NCBI GenBank assembly: GCA_964036045.1 | Contig: OZ038379.1 | Span: 20,708,001-20,772,000 of the forward strand | Direction of reading: 5' to 3' | DNA length: 64,000 nucleotides | Source: Eutreptiella sp. 'Long Island Sound 2002' | Taxonomy: Eukaryota > Protista > Euglenida | Shown: positions 45,801 to 59,100 of the stretch, piece after piece | How the letters are laid out: the number at the start of each line of letters is the position of its first letter | Position numbering within the stretch: the first letter of the stretch is position 1 | Position numbers and translations under genes: made by a program | The notes under the pieces: generated by a model | Database searches by the model: none | The model's input: only the letters and a program-made list of their open reading frames with translations | What the model was told of the DNA's origin: nothing

Positions 45801-48800
45801 AAAACAGCATGCCCAAGTAGTGACTCCCCATCTTGGGCCACTTGCGTCCTTGCAACGTGCCGGCACGCCTCGAACAAAGACCACGCTTCACAATGTGTGT
45901 GCACTGCATGGGAACTACGTGCATGTGCAGAATCCACCAGATACGAAGCCCCCTAGCTGAAACCACCTTTGTACACCAGGGCAGCAGGGCAATGTAGCAA
46001 CACAAACAGGTAGAAGATTCTGCTATCTCCGTACACCAGGCTTATCATGATGCAACATGCCTGTTGTCGACACACGCATTCTCTGTTTGCCAAGCAAGGA
46101 TTCTCAATATTCAATGCGTTCCACGTCGAGTAAAGTGATGCCCCAACACCAGACCGCAAATGCACAATGAAGCAGCAAAGAATGGAGAACAACAAAATTC
46201 CTCGGCACCTGCGCGGTGCAGCCATGCACACACACAAACACAAACAATTGTACAATATCCCAGACAGACATAAACAGAGGCATGTACCCTGAGAAATGCC
46301 CAGACAGATGGGATCATGGAACACATAATGAGCAAACAATCAGGGCAAGAGGATGTGGTGGTTGATGTACCTCTGGTGCTGAGTACAAAATGCTACCACA
46401 CGGCGTATTATTGAGCGGATTGTCCTTGCAGAATGTCGTAACATCAGCTGCACTCCAGCGAGTGGCTGAAGTCTGTTCTCCAGTGCAACGGGTGTAGATA
46501 TCGGCCATGATACTGGAAGTGATCCTGATGTATATGGCAAAATGTTGGGTCTAAGACTTGACCCTTCAGCGTTTTCAGCGACCAGCAAACTGGTGTGTGT
46601 CGCATTACAGCAGCAAATAGTGCCGATTTTCTATGCACCACCCGTAACCCTATTTCTGTGGTTCTCATGGATATTATTTTTTGGGGACCTCATGTATCAC
46701 CGGTGTTAAACGCCCAACCACGCACTGATGATGATCAACGCAGGCGCAGATTCGGTACGGGGCGATCATTTTCAAAGGGAGGGCGGGGGGTGACCTAAAG
46801 GGATTGGGGGGGGGGGGGGAGCTGAGGACGAACGAACTGTTTGTGTTTGTGAACGCCAAAGACCGAACCTGCAATGGTCCCCGGGCCAAACTTGGTAACC
46901 ACTTGTGAGATCTGTAGTTAGCAAGGGAGGGGCCAGGTTCACATCGTGAGTAACCCATATTTGAGTGCCTGTCACTCAGTTACAGACTCGGGTTTGTTTG
47001 AGAGGGTACAAGTGCGGTCTTGGTTTCAGTAAATACTTCTGCACTTATCTCACGATTCTGAGAGCCAGGGCAAAAGAATGGGAAGAGCATGGGCCACAGT
47101 GGCAAAAGATAAGGGGGGCATGGGGGCCACACCCCACAAATTTCCCCTGGTCATTTGCTCCTGCTGTGCCTCACATCCCTCCTCTCCAGTCCTTTGCTGC
47201 AGCTGTGCACCACATAATTTCCCCTGCCCTATGTCCGGCCAAAATGAAAAATTGGCTGAGACAAGAGGCCCAACGTGTGCCCAAAATGGACAGATCATCA
47301 ACAGCGAACGCAAACCAACAATGTGGAGCGATCCCAAGCCATCCAGCACGTTTCCGTTTCCTTTCCACTGCAGCATATGATGTGGATCGAACAATGCAGA
47401 TACCACCCAGATAGTGCCAACAGCCACTTTGCTGGCGGACGGTGGTTGACACAAGCGTTCAGCCACCCGCAGACATGGTATGCGATAGCGCAGGCAACAA
47501 GCATCATTCATATTCTCAAACAACCGTCTCTGACTGCTGCAGCCATGGGACCAACCAACAACGCCCGCGCCTGCTGCTGCATGCTGCAGCATACTGCCGC
47601 ATGCTTCAACTCGTTGGTGGAGGACTATGAGATTCCCCAAAAAGCTGCAGAGGTGCAAACCAGCACACTCGACCCCTGAATGCGTCCCCAACACAATGCA
47701 AAGATACAATATCGCAAAATTAATCCTGATCCTGACATTCCCTCACTCCGCTTCAGATTTGTTTTGTCCATTTCGTTGATATACGTTAGGACCCAATGGC
47801 GCTAGGTTTCATTCCGCAAGCAGCAGATATGATTGTTGGCAGACAGTGGGGAGTAGGTAGTACCTTGCATTGCTCCCCACTCGCTGCGAGGGATTTCAGA
47901 TATGCACGGGCTAATCTCATTGTGTGGGAGCACATTGGGAGTGAGTAAAAAAAAAAAAAGCACCTCGGCGTTGGAAAAGTCCATTGCTTTCTGTGTCTCT
48001 GCTGGGTTGTTGCTGGTTATCTGGTACCCCCCGCCCCTGTGCCCAAAGAACACTAAAATCACGGAGTATTGCGGTTCAAACAGTACTGTTCGTCAGACAC
48101 AGGGTTTCGTTGCGCGCGTGCTGCCCGTAGGGTCACAACTACAGGGACTTCCTTCCCCTTGAGCACCAGATGTAAATCACCAGCACATGAGGCGTTCTTG
48201 TGCCTCACAACCATGAACCACGGAGCCAGTCCCAGAGACACATGCCAAGGCGTGCCACAACATGCCACAGCACTGGATTCTTGCAGCCATCCTTGGAGGG
48301 GGGTTGCAGCATGCTGCAGCCCCAGCGGCCTAGAATTTCGAGGTGCGGGTGCCTTCAACTGCACACACCGACCGCTGTGAGCCCAAATTGATGGGCAGCA
48401 ACGTTGACTGTTGAAAAGTGTCCAACGGACCCCCTCTGTCCAACGAACGTCGGGTCTTTGAATTTTCTCAATTTGGGACCCAGTTTAGTAAAAACCCAAA
48501 TCTGAAGTGGGCCGAAGAACGGGGAAACGTAGGGGAGAGTGTGTTGAGGGCACCATCATTAAGTAAACGGTGTGAACAGGCTTCTTGCATCTGCAGCCGT
48601 ATGCTAGGGGCTCCGAACCCAGAAATGACCCGTCCCTTGTATAGATTTTGGGATGTGAGTGCCCAATAGTCAGCATCACAAAACCCGCTAACACAAATGA
48701 TTGGTGCCGTCTCAATCAACTAAAATTGGAGCAGAAGAAACATTTTCTGAGAAGATCAATGGCTGACTAAACAAACGTGGGTTGTGCGGGCACTTGGGTG

Positions 48801-49358
48801 AGGGTGTCATGAGACATTGAAAGGAACCAACGTTGCATCCATTAAACACACAGCGAGTTTGGGACAGATCAAGAGGGCACAAAACATCACCGGTTCATAG
48901 ATTCACGGGGCCCAATGTACTTGGCAAGACCAAAATCCACCAGCTTGAGGGGTAATGAAAGATCTGGAGCCACAATGATATTCTGTGACAAACAGGAGGA
49001 CGGCATCGAGACTTGAAATTGAAGCTAACAAAGGCGGCAGCACAGGAGGAAGCAAATGCTTGGGGTCAGCCAAAATGGGCAAAGCCCACACACATGCACC
49101 AGCCAAAGAGGAGTATGACTACAAATCTCATCAGGCCGACACTCGAGCATAGCATGTCAGACATGATTCAGCGCCTACAACAACTTCATTGCAGCGCCCC
49201 TCAGGCAAGGGATAGGCAACCCTCTTTGGTCCGGACCAACCCACTTTGGAGGCAACTCTGTAAAAAGCTTGCATGTTGTAATGCACTGACGGGCCCTGTC
49301 ACCACAGTTGCACGTACAGCACACCCCACACCACCAATAGTTGAGCACTGCAGCAGCA

Positions 49359-49410
<52 letters not shown>

Positions 49411-52400
49411 ACACATACACACACACATGCACACACACACACACACACATGCACAAAAACTAGTCGTTTGCTGACGGGCAAACGGGGGCGGGAGGGGGGT
49501 AAATGGCCCCTCGTGGGACCCACCCAAAGTAGCCAAGACCCACCCACCCTTGGGGGGGGGGGGGGCATCACCTTTGAGAAATTAAGAAACAGGCAAACAG
49601 AATGAAGCGAAAGCTGGTTCCACACAACATTTAGACTGTCCACACAATGACAGCACTTGAGAGTAATCATGTGTCTCCCTATGGGTTCTGTCCAACGCAA
49701 TTATCATGAGCTGTGAAACTAAACTTGATGCCCACACCGAGCATTTGGATTGTCTGACACAACCTTCCCACAAGGACATTGAGGCATTACCACAAAAAGG
49801 CCTTATTTGTGCAAGACAAACACGGTGGGATTGGCCATCCCATGCCTTGCAGTCGTGGGGTGGCTTGGGAGCATGTCCCTCTGACATGGAGGTTGTGAGC
49901 CCTCCTGGGGTGGGGGGGGGGCTTTGCGGGTCCTAGGGCGCGCACCCGTGCTCCTCCCCCCAAGGGGCCTCAGGCCAACAGTTGGTTGCCAAAGGTGCCG
50001 GCCTCAGGAGTCCACGGGCGCCAAAGGTGCCCGATTCTCCATGGGCACCAAAGGCGCCCAAAGGAATTTTTTGTCCACTTTATACCCTAACACTATTCTT
50101 AAACCCAACCCTTACCCTTACACCCACCCCAACCCTAAGCCTAGTCCTAACCCTACCCCTACCCCTAAGCCTGGCCCTAACCTTGACCATGGCGCTAACC
50201 CTAACCTCAGCTCTAACCCTCGGCTAGGGTTAGAGTTGGTGTTGGGGTCCAAAATGGAGAGCAATGATGCACCAAAAAGCAGCCATGAACAAAATTTTGA
50301 AGATCTTGTTCAAGAAAACTAACATGGCTAGCATGTCTAAATCAGCTTGGTGCAAAGGTTAGGGTTAGGTTCACCGAGCTGGTGGAACCAGTCTTGGTTT
50401 TATAACCCTCTTTAGTGTCTAGGGGGGACCCACTAGGTTTAGCAAGCAAGCAGCAAGCAGCAAGCAAGCAGCAAGCACACGCGAAATGGGCAAAAATCAC
50501 AGCTCCGTCGTGGTGCTTCGGATTCAGCCAAAATTTTGGTGGATGCTACCTATGGGTGTGAGGGACAACCACACACAGTATGAGCAAGAAACTCAACGGT
50601 GGCGGCCGGGAACGGGCGTTGCAAGTGCCGGACCTCCATTTCAAAATCTGCAATTTAGGGCCAAAATTAGCGTTTTTTTGCCCAAAACGACCCTAGAACT
50701 TGCTGAAAACAGCCAAATGAAGGAAAATATTGGCTACTCTACACATACAGCTAGACTTCCCTGTGCCGAAGGGCCCTCTAGGGCCCTCTAACTCCACAAT
50801 ATGTCCGCGAACCGCCCCCAAAAGGCCACCAAAAGCCCCAGAATTTGTGCACATTGGCCGCCGATAGCCCCAAACCAAAACCAGACCGTATCTTGGGCTA
50901 CGTGGCTCAAAACCCGATTTCGATCCCGCCCGCACCCACCCACTTTTGGTGGTTTCCACCCCTCAAAATTGCCCTAACCGACGCCTAGAACCCCGTACCT
51001 AGGCCCGGTGGGCTGCGGCAAGCTGCAGGAGGTAACCCAAAGAGGCGGGTGCCAAAATGGGTCAACAAGGTCCACTAGGGGCAAAAAAATTTTCAAAGAT
51101 GATCTTGGACCACATGGAATGCCAAAACAAGTGTTTTTGGCGCATTTTGAGCCCGTGGTGGCCCCGTTTTGGCCCTCCTAAAATCCAAAAATGCCTTGAA
51201 AATGGGCTGTTTGGGACAAAAAATGGGTCAAAAATGGGTCAAAAATGGGCCAAAAATGGGTCAAAATGGGTTTTTCCAAAAATGATTCCAGACCATTTGG
51301 GGTGCCTAAACAACTGAAGTGAGCCCTTTTTGAGCCCACTGCAAGCCATTTCGGCCCCTCCAAAGTCACAAAATGCCTTGAAAATGGGTTGTTTTGCGAC
51401 AAAAAATGGGTCAAAAATGTGTCAAAAATGGGTTTTTCCAAAAATGATCCCAGACCATTTGGGGTGCACAAACAAGTGAAATGAGCCCATTTTGAGCCAC
51501 TGCAAGCCATTTTGGCCACGCCAAAGTCACAAAATGCCTTGAAAATGGGTTGTTTTGCGACAAAAAATGGGTCAAAATAAGTGAAAAATGGGTCAAAAGG
51601 GTGTTTTTCCAAAAGTGATCCTACACCATTTGGGGTGCCTGAACAAGTGAAATGAGCCCTTTACGAGCCCATTGCAAGCCATTTCGGCCCGTCCAAAGTC
51701 ACAAAATGCCTTGAAAATGGGCTGTTTTGGGACGAAAAATCAGTCTAAAATGGATCAAAAATGTGTTTTTCCAAACATACTTTTGGACTATTTGGGGTGC
51801 AGAAACAAGTGGAATGAGTCCATTTTGAGCCCATGTTGAGCAATTTTGGCCCCTCTCAAGGCCGAAAGGGCCTTGAAATGGGCCACTTTGGGACCACAAA
51901 TGGCTCAAAAACAGGTCAAAACCATGGTGTTCCAAACATGATCCTAGTCCAATTGTGGTGCCCAAACGGATGAATACAGCTCATTTTGAGCCCCATTTGA
52001 GCCCCTCTCGTCCACTTTCCAGTGCGTACCTCATTTGTTGTTAAAGTCTCCTGGACAATGTTCCTTCCCCCACCAGCTCGGTCCCAATATTCAATCCTTG
52101 TTAGGGTTATGGTGTGGGTAGAGGGAGGGCAAAGGGAATTAAGGGGAGCTTGTGAGTAACCAATGCATGGCCTTGTGGGCATGCCATGGACCTCCCCCCT
52201 CAATTGACCCTCATGGACCCCCCACCCCACCCCTATTGCCCCTCCCGCATCCCCCCCCCTAGGGGGCCTTTGTCCAACAGTTAGTGGGGGGGTAAACCCA
52301 AAGCCCCCCCCCCCCCCCCCCCCCCCGGGGAGCCCTAGCCCACTACTCCACAGTGGGCTGAGCGTCAAGCTCCCAAGCCTGCCCACGGCCCTGTAGCACA

Positions 52401-53829
52401 AGGCACACACAACCTTGACAAAAACAAAATGTGGAGCGAGCACATCTGCCACCATGCCCCCCCATCCCCCTGCGACCCCACCACCTTGCCCTACCCTTTT
52501 GCACAAGTGAGAGTGAGGGGAGCACGACCCGACGGTGGCCTGCAAGAGGATGGTTTTCACTTACCAGAACACACACAAGCACAGTGGTGTCTCCCACCCG
52601 CTAGCACCACCGCAAGGTTTGGGGGCGGTCATTAGTCCAGCAAGCCTTGTGACCGGACACCCGCGTACGTTGGTCCAAGTTGAGTCTCATAGGAAAGGTA
52701 GCACAGAGCATGGGACGTTGTCGAACGAGAGAGGCCTTATCCCAACCCAAGGCTGTTGGAGTGGGTGGGTGGGTGCTAGCAAATCCCACCGTGTTTGTCT
52801 TGCACGAGAAAGGCTTTTTTGTGGGCATGCCTAAATGTCCTTGCGGGTTGTGTCACACAATCCAAATGCTCGGCGTGGGCATCAAGTTTCGTTTCACAGC
52901 TCATGATCGTGGAGGACCCACACTCCTTGACTGCCACTCGGCGCAGGTGGTGCGGCCATACCAATTGGGTCTAGCATCTACCGGCTTGGGAACGTGCTTT
53001 GGGCAATTGGAGGGTCCCAAGGGCTTTCAAAGCACTTCTCTGCCCTAGGACCTACCCGGGAAAGCTCCCCGGCTGCGGCGCTGAAGCCGTGCTAGCCAAG
53101 GAGGCAACGAGGGCACAACACAAGGTTGCCCCCTCTGCGCCCCCCCTTGGTGGGGGGAGGGGGGCAATCTATCCCAAATCCACCAAAAACCCACCTCTAC
53201 AGCATGGGGGGGACGTCTCCTCGCTTTTGTACGTGACTCTCCCCCAGTAGAAGTGGGCCGAAGGCCCCCAAGGGGGGGCTTGGGGCGGGGGGGCTAGCCG
53301 CCGAGGGCTTTTTGGGGGAATTGGCTAAAGTCACTAAAGGGGGGGGGGGTGCTCGGGTGAGAGGGTTAGCAGAGGTCTAGACCCGTCTCACAGAGACGCG
53401 GTGGCCTAAGGGGTTACTCTACAACAACACAAAATTGGTTGTCTCACCCCTGCCTTCTTGGGGGCCCACAAGTGGGTGGAAGTGCTACGCAACCCTTGCA
53501 TTCTCGGGGATCCCCAAACAAGGGGACAAAATCAGAAGTGGTTGCCTCGCCCCTGCCTTCTCGCTGCCTCCCATCCACGCTCCGGCGCATGGGCAGGGAG
53601 GGGTGCCACATGGGCAAGGGGAATGCAAAAAAAAAATTTTGGGTGCTTTTGGCACCACTATATGTATGGCCCAGTAGCTATTGACCCTTGGTAACTAAGT
53701 GGGCCCGGAGGGCAGGGAGGGGGGGCGGGTCGCGTACCCGAACTGAGGAGACGGCCCCCGTGCTCTACAGACCCACCCACCTTGGCTGACCCGCCCCCCA
53801 AGATGGGGTAGACCCCACCTTGATTGACG

Positions 53830-53868
<39 letters not shown>

Positions 53869-54118
53869 TAGGGTTAGGGTTAGGGTACCCGAACTGAGGA
53901 GACGGCCCCCGTGCTCTACAGACCCACCCACCCTGGCTGACCCGCCCCCCCGGGACGGGGTAGACCCCATTTTGATTGACAAACACACACTTGGTGAAGG
54001 GGAAACCACGGAAGCGCACCGTCAATGAGGGCAAGAGTACACGGGCACGACACTGATCACAAAAAACAAACTCATCAGGCCATTGAAGACAAAAAGTAGG
54101 CAAGGTCCTTTCGAAAAA

Positions 54119-54161
<43 letters not shown>

Positions 54162-56077
54162 CGTGCACACACATAGATGCACAAGCACACAAAAACGTTC
54201 GCATGCACGATCATTTCCAAGGGATTCCAACAGTGATGATACAAATATCACATGAGAGGAGAGATTGTGCTACAATCATCTCCAAGAGGTGCTGATCGAG
54301 AGCAGATCGAGAGCAGGTGTGTGCAAACCATAGACCCCCTTTTGGGGATTATTTGCATGGCATACCCCAGAGGGTCAACATCGTCACCCCAAGAGACAAG
54401 ATTATCCACCCAAGATTTTTTCAGTCCGCTGGACCCCCCCTCAAACAGTAGAACACCCCATCTTTTGGCAATGGTAGGCGCTATGAACTATTGAAAGGGC
54501 TTTGCTGTGGCCCCTTGTGTATGCATCTTTTGTGGCCATGTCGAAACGGACCCAGGCCTTTGACATCGGCCCCTGTAATCAATGGTAGGGTTCCGGAACT
54601 TTCCATGTAGCTGGGATGGGCTGCCCTGGGCCCAGTGGTGAGGAGTTTCAAGCCCGCAGCAGCTGGCTGAAAAATCACAACTGTAGGGTCAATTGCCACC
54701 CACCTTTAAGGAGGCTGAAAGCAAGTTCCGGGTCAAGGGTTGATGACAACGTGAGCATACGCATTGGGCCACAAAACACTAATTCTGCTTTGGGAGGCGA
54801 GAACCAAACCCCACGAGCCTGGAAACAGCCAAGTGCACAACAGGAGGGACCAGCCGATAGGAGGGCTGATCTCGGGAGCCTGGAGGATGAACGCATAGTG
54901 ACCACGGTGACCAACCCAAATGCTGGGCCCAGATGTGCAGTTTTGCAGGTTTGGGTGGGGGTCACATTTTCTGGTACCCACCACAGCTTTTCCATGTGGC
55001 ACTTTCTGCTGTGGTACAATTTGCCTCCCTTCAAGCGGAGGTCAGCCGTGGGGGCTAGCCCAGGCAGCTCAAGGGCCGTGGGGGGATGAGGGGTGGGCGC
55101 AGCGCTCGGGCAATCTTACGTCCATATTGGCTTCTTGGGCCGCCCTTACCCCCCACGGCCGACCGCCCCCAGGAGAAGCGGCAGGACCGGCTCCACATGA
55201 TCAGCCACATCTGTCCCAAGCCCCCCCAAGGGGTGTCCAGGGCCCCCTTCAACCACAGTCTCCGGCCGTTTTCAGACCGGTCTGAAACCAAAACTCTGTA
55301 CCGACAGGGAGAGGGGCGTGCAATGCCTCAGCATAGTGCCAACCCCACTTCTTGAAATGCACTGCTGCAGAACATGTGAACGTCCCCATTGAACCAGCCA
55401 ACATGGACAGTTCACTGTGGTCAGACCTAAGCCTGGCACCCAAAGCACCGGAAATTACCTTTTTCCGGCCGTTGAGGATGGGTGGGGAGGCACCCCAAAT
55501 CAATCAAAATCAACATCTATCAACATCTGCCATGTGGTGTGCGTCAAAGTACCCAAAGATTTGGCGTTAGCCACAGCAGCTTTCTTCATCGCGGCTTCGG
55601 CGTTTCGAGTGTACTCCCTTAGCGTACTCCCTTGGAGAGCACTGATTCCCTCCCTGGGGACCTGTGGCACACACCCAGTGCACCTCCAACATGCAACAAT
55701 CAGATGCACAGCCCCATGGCAACAACAGGGCACAGACACCTCAGGCTTCACATCCCGGTGCACAATGAACGCCTCGGTGTGCAAATAATGCAAGGCATGC
55801 AGAAGCTGCGATATGATGCTTGCCACATCAGCCTCTGAAAGATGCCCACGGCTGACCACTGCCTCAAAAAGGCTCTCGCCCTGGTGATTGCAGGGGAAAG
55901 TAGCCGGAAAGTGGCAGGCCGGATTGCGGGGAAATGACGGATCTCAGAGGTGCTGCACCACCAAATGTCACCCGATGTCAAAACACCCTCCAATATGAAC
56001 TGCTGATAAATGGCACTTTTGCCTCCAAGATCTACCAATCACCGCATGCTGTTTCAACCTTGGCCAATTACTCACCT

Positions 56078-56154
<77 letters not shown>

Positions 56155-59100
56155 CACACACACAATGCCCACCCTACTTAGCACCATGCTACTGAGGCAG
56201 CACGACACACACCACTCCAACACATTTATTTTCTTTGGTACTGCGAGTCATGGAGACAGGCTTAGAAAGGGGAACGGAGTCATTGCAAAACCATAGACTG
56301 AGGATACATCAGGGAATACTGCGAGGCGTGAAATACCGCATGAGAACCCAGTCCAAGTCACCACCAAAACTGAGGGAAAGGAAAAAATGAACATGATCAG
56401 CCCGAACGGTCACCCACCAGATAGATGTCCATGCTAAAAGAGAAGAAGAAGAAGCTCGAAGACACAAGGATAGAAGGCTAACACCATTAATTCCTACGCC
56501 AAAGCAAGGTTCCTACGCAGCTCACCTACGCCGCTCTTGGCTGCATGCTCCTCAGATGAGGACTTCGCTGCGTCACCCATTTCCTGCTTCCGTTCATTTA
56601 ATGCCTGTTCACTGAGGCTGTGGTCATTGCTAGCTTGGCTCCAAAGCCTTGTGCTGCCATCACTCGCCATCCGTCCTTATCTTCATTCTCTGTGTACTGA
56701 CGTATGGTTCTTGTCAAGCATTATGGGTGAACGCCTCAGTTCCACAGGTCCACCTGTGGTTTCAAGATCCAGACCATCACAGAACACTAAGGACGCAAAT
56801 CTGCCCATACTCCACACCCAAACTTGTTCATCAGTGCACAAAGATTTTGTCACAACCGGAGTTCCTTGTCACAACGTTCTGTTGGAGCTAAACTATTTTG
56901 GAAACCTGAGTGAACAACGCTTCTTCCAAGAAAATAATGGGGCAGGAAGGTTGTCCCTTATGCCGAACAGTGGCGAAGAACTTGCGCTGCGTGCGCACTG
57001 CAGGTACCCAGTTGCCCTAGTAATTGAGCCCACCTGGGGACATCCAGCTCCAAGGCACTGAAAATATCTGTCTCTTCTAGGGGCTGTTCTTGCATTGAGC
57101 TGTGGCCAGCTCAGAATTATCCATGGCGCACCAGCTACCAAGCCTTCCAGGGCTTGGCCTTGTGCGGGCTTCTCGAACACAGCTCATGCAGCAGCCTGTA
57201 CTGCGCAGGTCTTCAACCACCCCTCCAGTGACCGGATGCCGCCAACACACAGACAGTGACAATGGTGATGGCTCAAACCGGCACACCACAAAGCTTATCC
57301 CGCCCCATTGGAAGGCCAACCCATCATTGGATGTGATTGGTGGGTAGCGGCGGGCAGTAGAGGGTAGTGATCTGGGCTTCTCAGGGACAGGTTTTAGCAC
57401 CGGCGGAATGGCGACTCAGGAGAGGGCGTGGGAACGAGGGGATGCCAATGAGCACCCGCACGGGGGCAAAAAGTGTCGAGGGCCATATCACAAGGGGACC
57501 ACCCAACCATAACCACCAAATAGCCTCCGCTTTCGGGGCCTCCTAACCCCCAAAACGTGGCCGCCCGGCACGACAAAATGCGCAGGTTTCGGTGGGAAAG
57601 GCGAGGGACATGGGCTTGACCTTTGCCAGATCCATACAGATGTACACTTTCTGCTGCGTCTGCACAGCAATGTGCAGCTTCACGCAGCATGGATGGTCTA
57701 AACTCATGAGGGTGTAGATCTCCCGCAGTACATAATCCCACATTTTGGTGGATCCGATCGCCCGCTTTTCGATCACCTTCAGTGCGGCCTGCACGATGAC
57801 AAAGAAGAAAGGGGGGGGGGGGGCGATCGGGAGAAAGAGAGACGCCGGCCTTTTCCTGCCCTAAGGCCACGTATTAGTTCCCCTGCCATGCCCTTGCTTC
57901 GGAGACAGGGGCATACAAGCACATGGGCAGCCTAAGCTGCTCGTCACAGAAAGCGCACACAGACCTTCTTGGGAAGATGCTTGTAAGTGCACGCATGCAC
58001 GCCACCGAATCCGCCTCGCCCCTGAGACAAAATGCAGATTGCGCTGGCACAGGGCTCTTGTCTGGGGGGGGGGGGGGCGAGGATAGGAATGAAAAGAAAT
58101 GGCTCCCGGTCCGCTTCAGCAGAAAAGGGGGCTCTCAACTGACAGCGATTGGCTGCCGACAACAGTCGGCAGGTGACCACAAAGTTGCGGGGCTGTACTT
58201 CAAGGTCTGTCCTTTACATAGAAAGGGGGGATCAGGATCAGACACAACCCCAACCAAAACAAACAACTGAAGCACGTTCCACTGAATGTTGATTAAAAAT
58301 GACCCAGCCTGAACCGAGGCGGATGAAATCCTGCTCCCTTTGGACGGTTACGGCCCCCAGCAACTGGATCTGCAGGTCTCACTGGCCAGCCCATTGGGAG
58401 CTGCCTTAGGTGAGTGTCGTCTGGTCCATGAATCGTGGGTATCCACAGAAGGCACCTCGACTGCGACTATGCAGGGGAAGTCAGCCCTGATCTGTCCCAC
58501 AGCTTGCCAACTGCGTGGCAACGAACAGACTTTGCCAGCAACATCCAGCCAATTCAGGGAAGCATCCAGGGCCATCCAGCCGGAAGAAATGGTGGCCTCC
58601 CCTCACTGCAGCTGGCTTCCGACTACCGAAGGCAATCTTCTTAGTGCTCTCGATTGCCCTTTGACTTTCATCGGAAGACAGTGCATTGAGGCACGATGAG
58701 GGTCGTTGAGTGAAGCTTTGAGAACCTTCAGAGTCCACCTCCAGAGCCTGCCTCCGGAGCACACCTCCAAAGTCTACCCCAGTGTCTATCTCGGCGGCAG
58801 GCACAGCACAGTGCTGTGCTCATGACCGTGGGGTTTGCAAACATTGGCACACAGGAAGTAAGCTTGTGATAGCTTTTGATGATCCGAATCCAACCCAAAC
58901 GCCCTCAAGATCGGGTGTACAGAACACTCACACGCCCTCAGCCTTTATTGAGAGGAATCCATACCAAAATGTGCGACTGCTGGAAGTTGAACACCGTTTC
59001 GATGTCCCGCAAGTTCGCGATGGGAAGCAGGGGTCGCAAGTGGAAAGTTTGGCACGTCCAAAGCAGCGCGTTGTGCTCAATGCGCGGAAGATATTCAACA

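Noticed and set aside
50085-50370. True chromosome end
   Set aside because: Telomeric repeats are short, degenerate and lie inside a kinase intron, with complex sequence on both sides.
46371-58600. Kinase as a pseudokinase lacking the Gly loop and DFG
   Set aside because: Small exons at 57965-58021 (GRGGFG) and 48907-48982 (DFG) supply both motifs in the correct phase.
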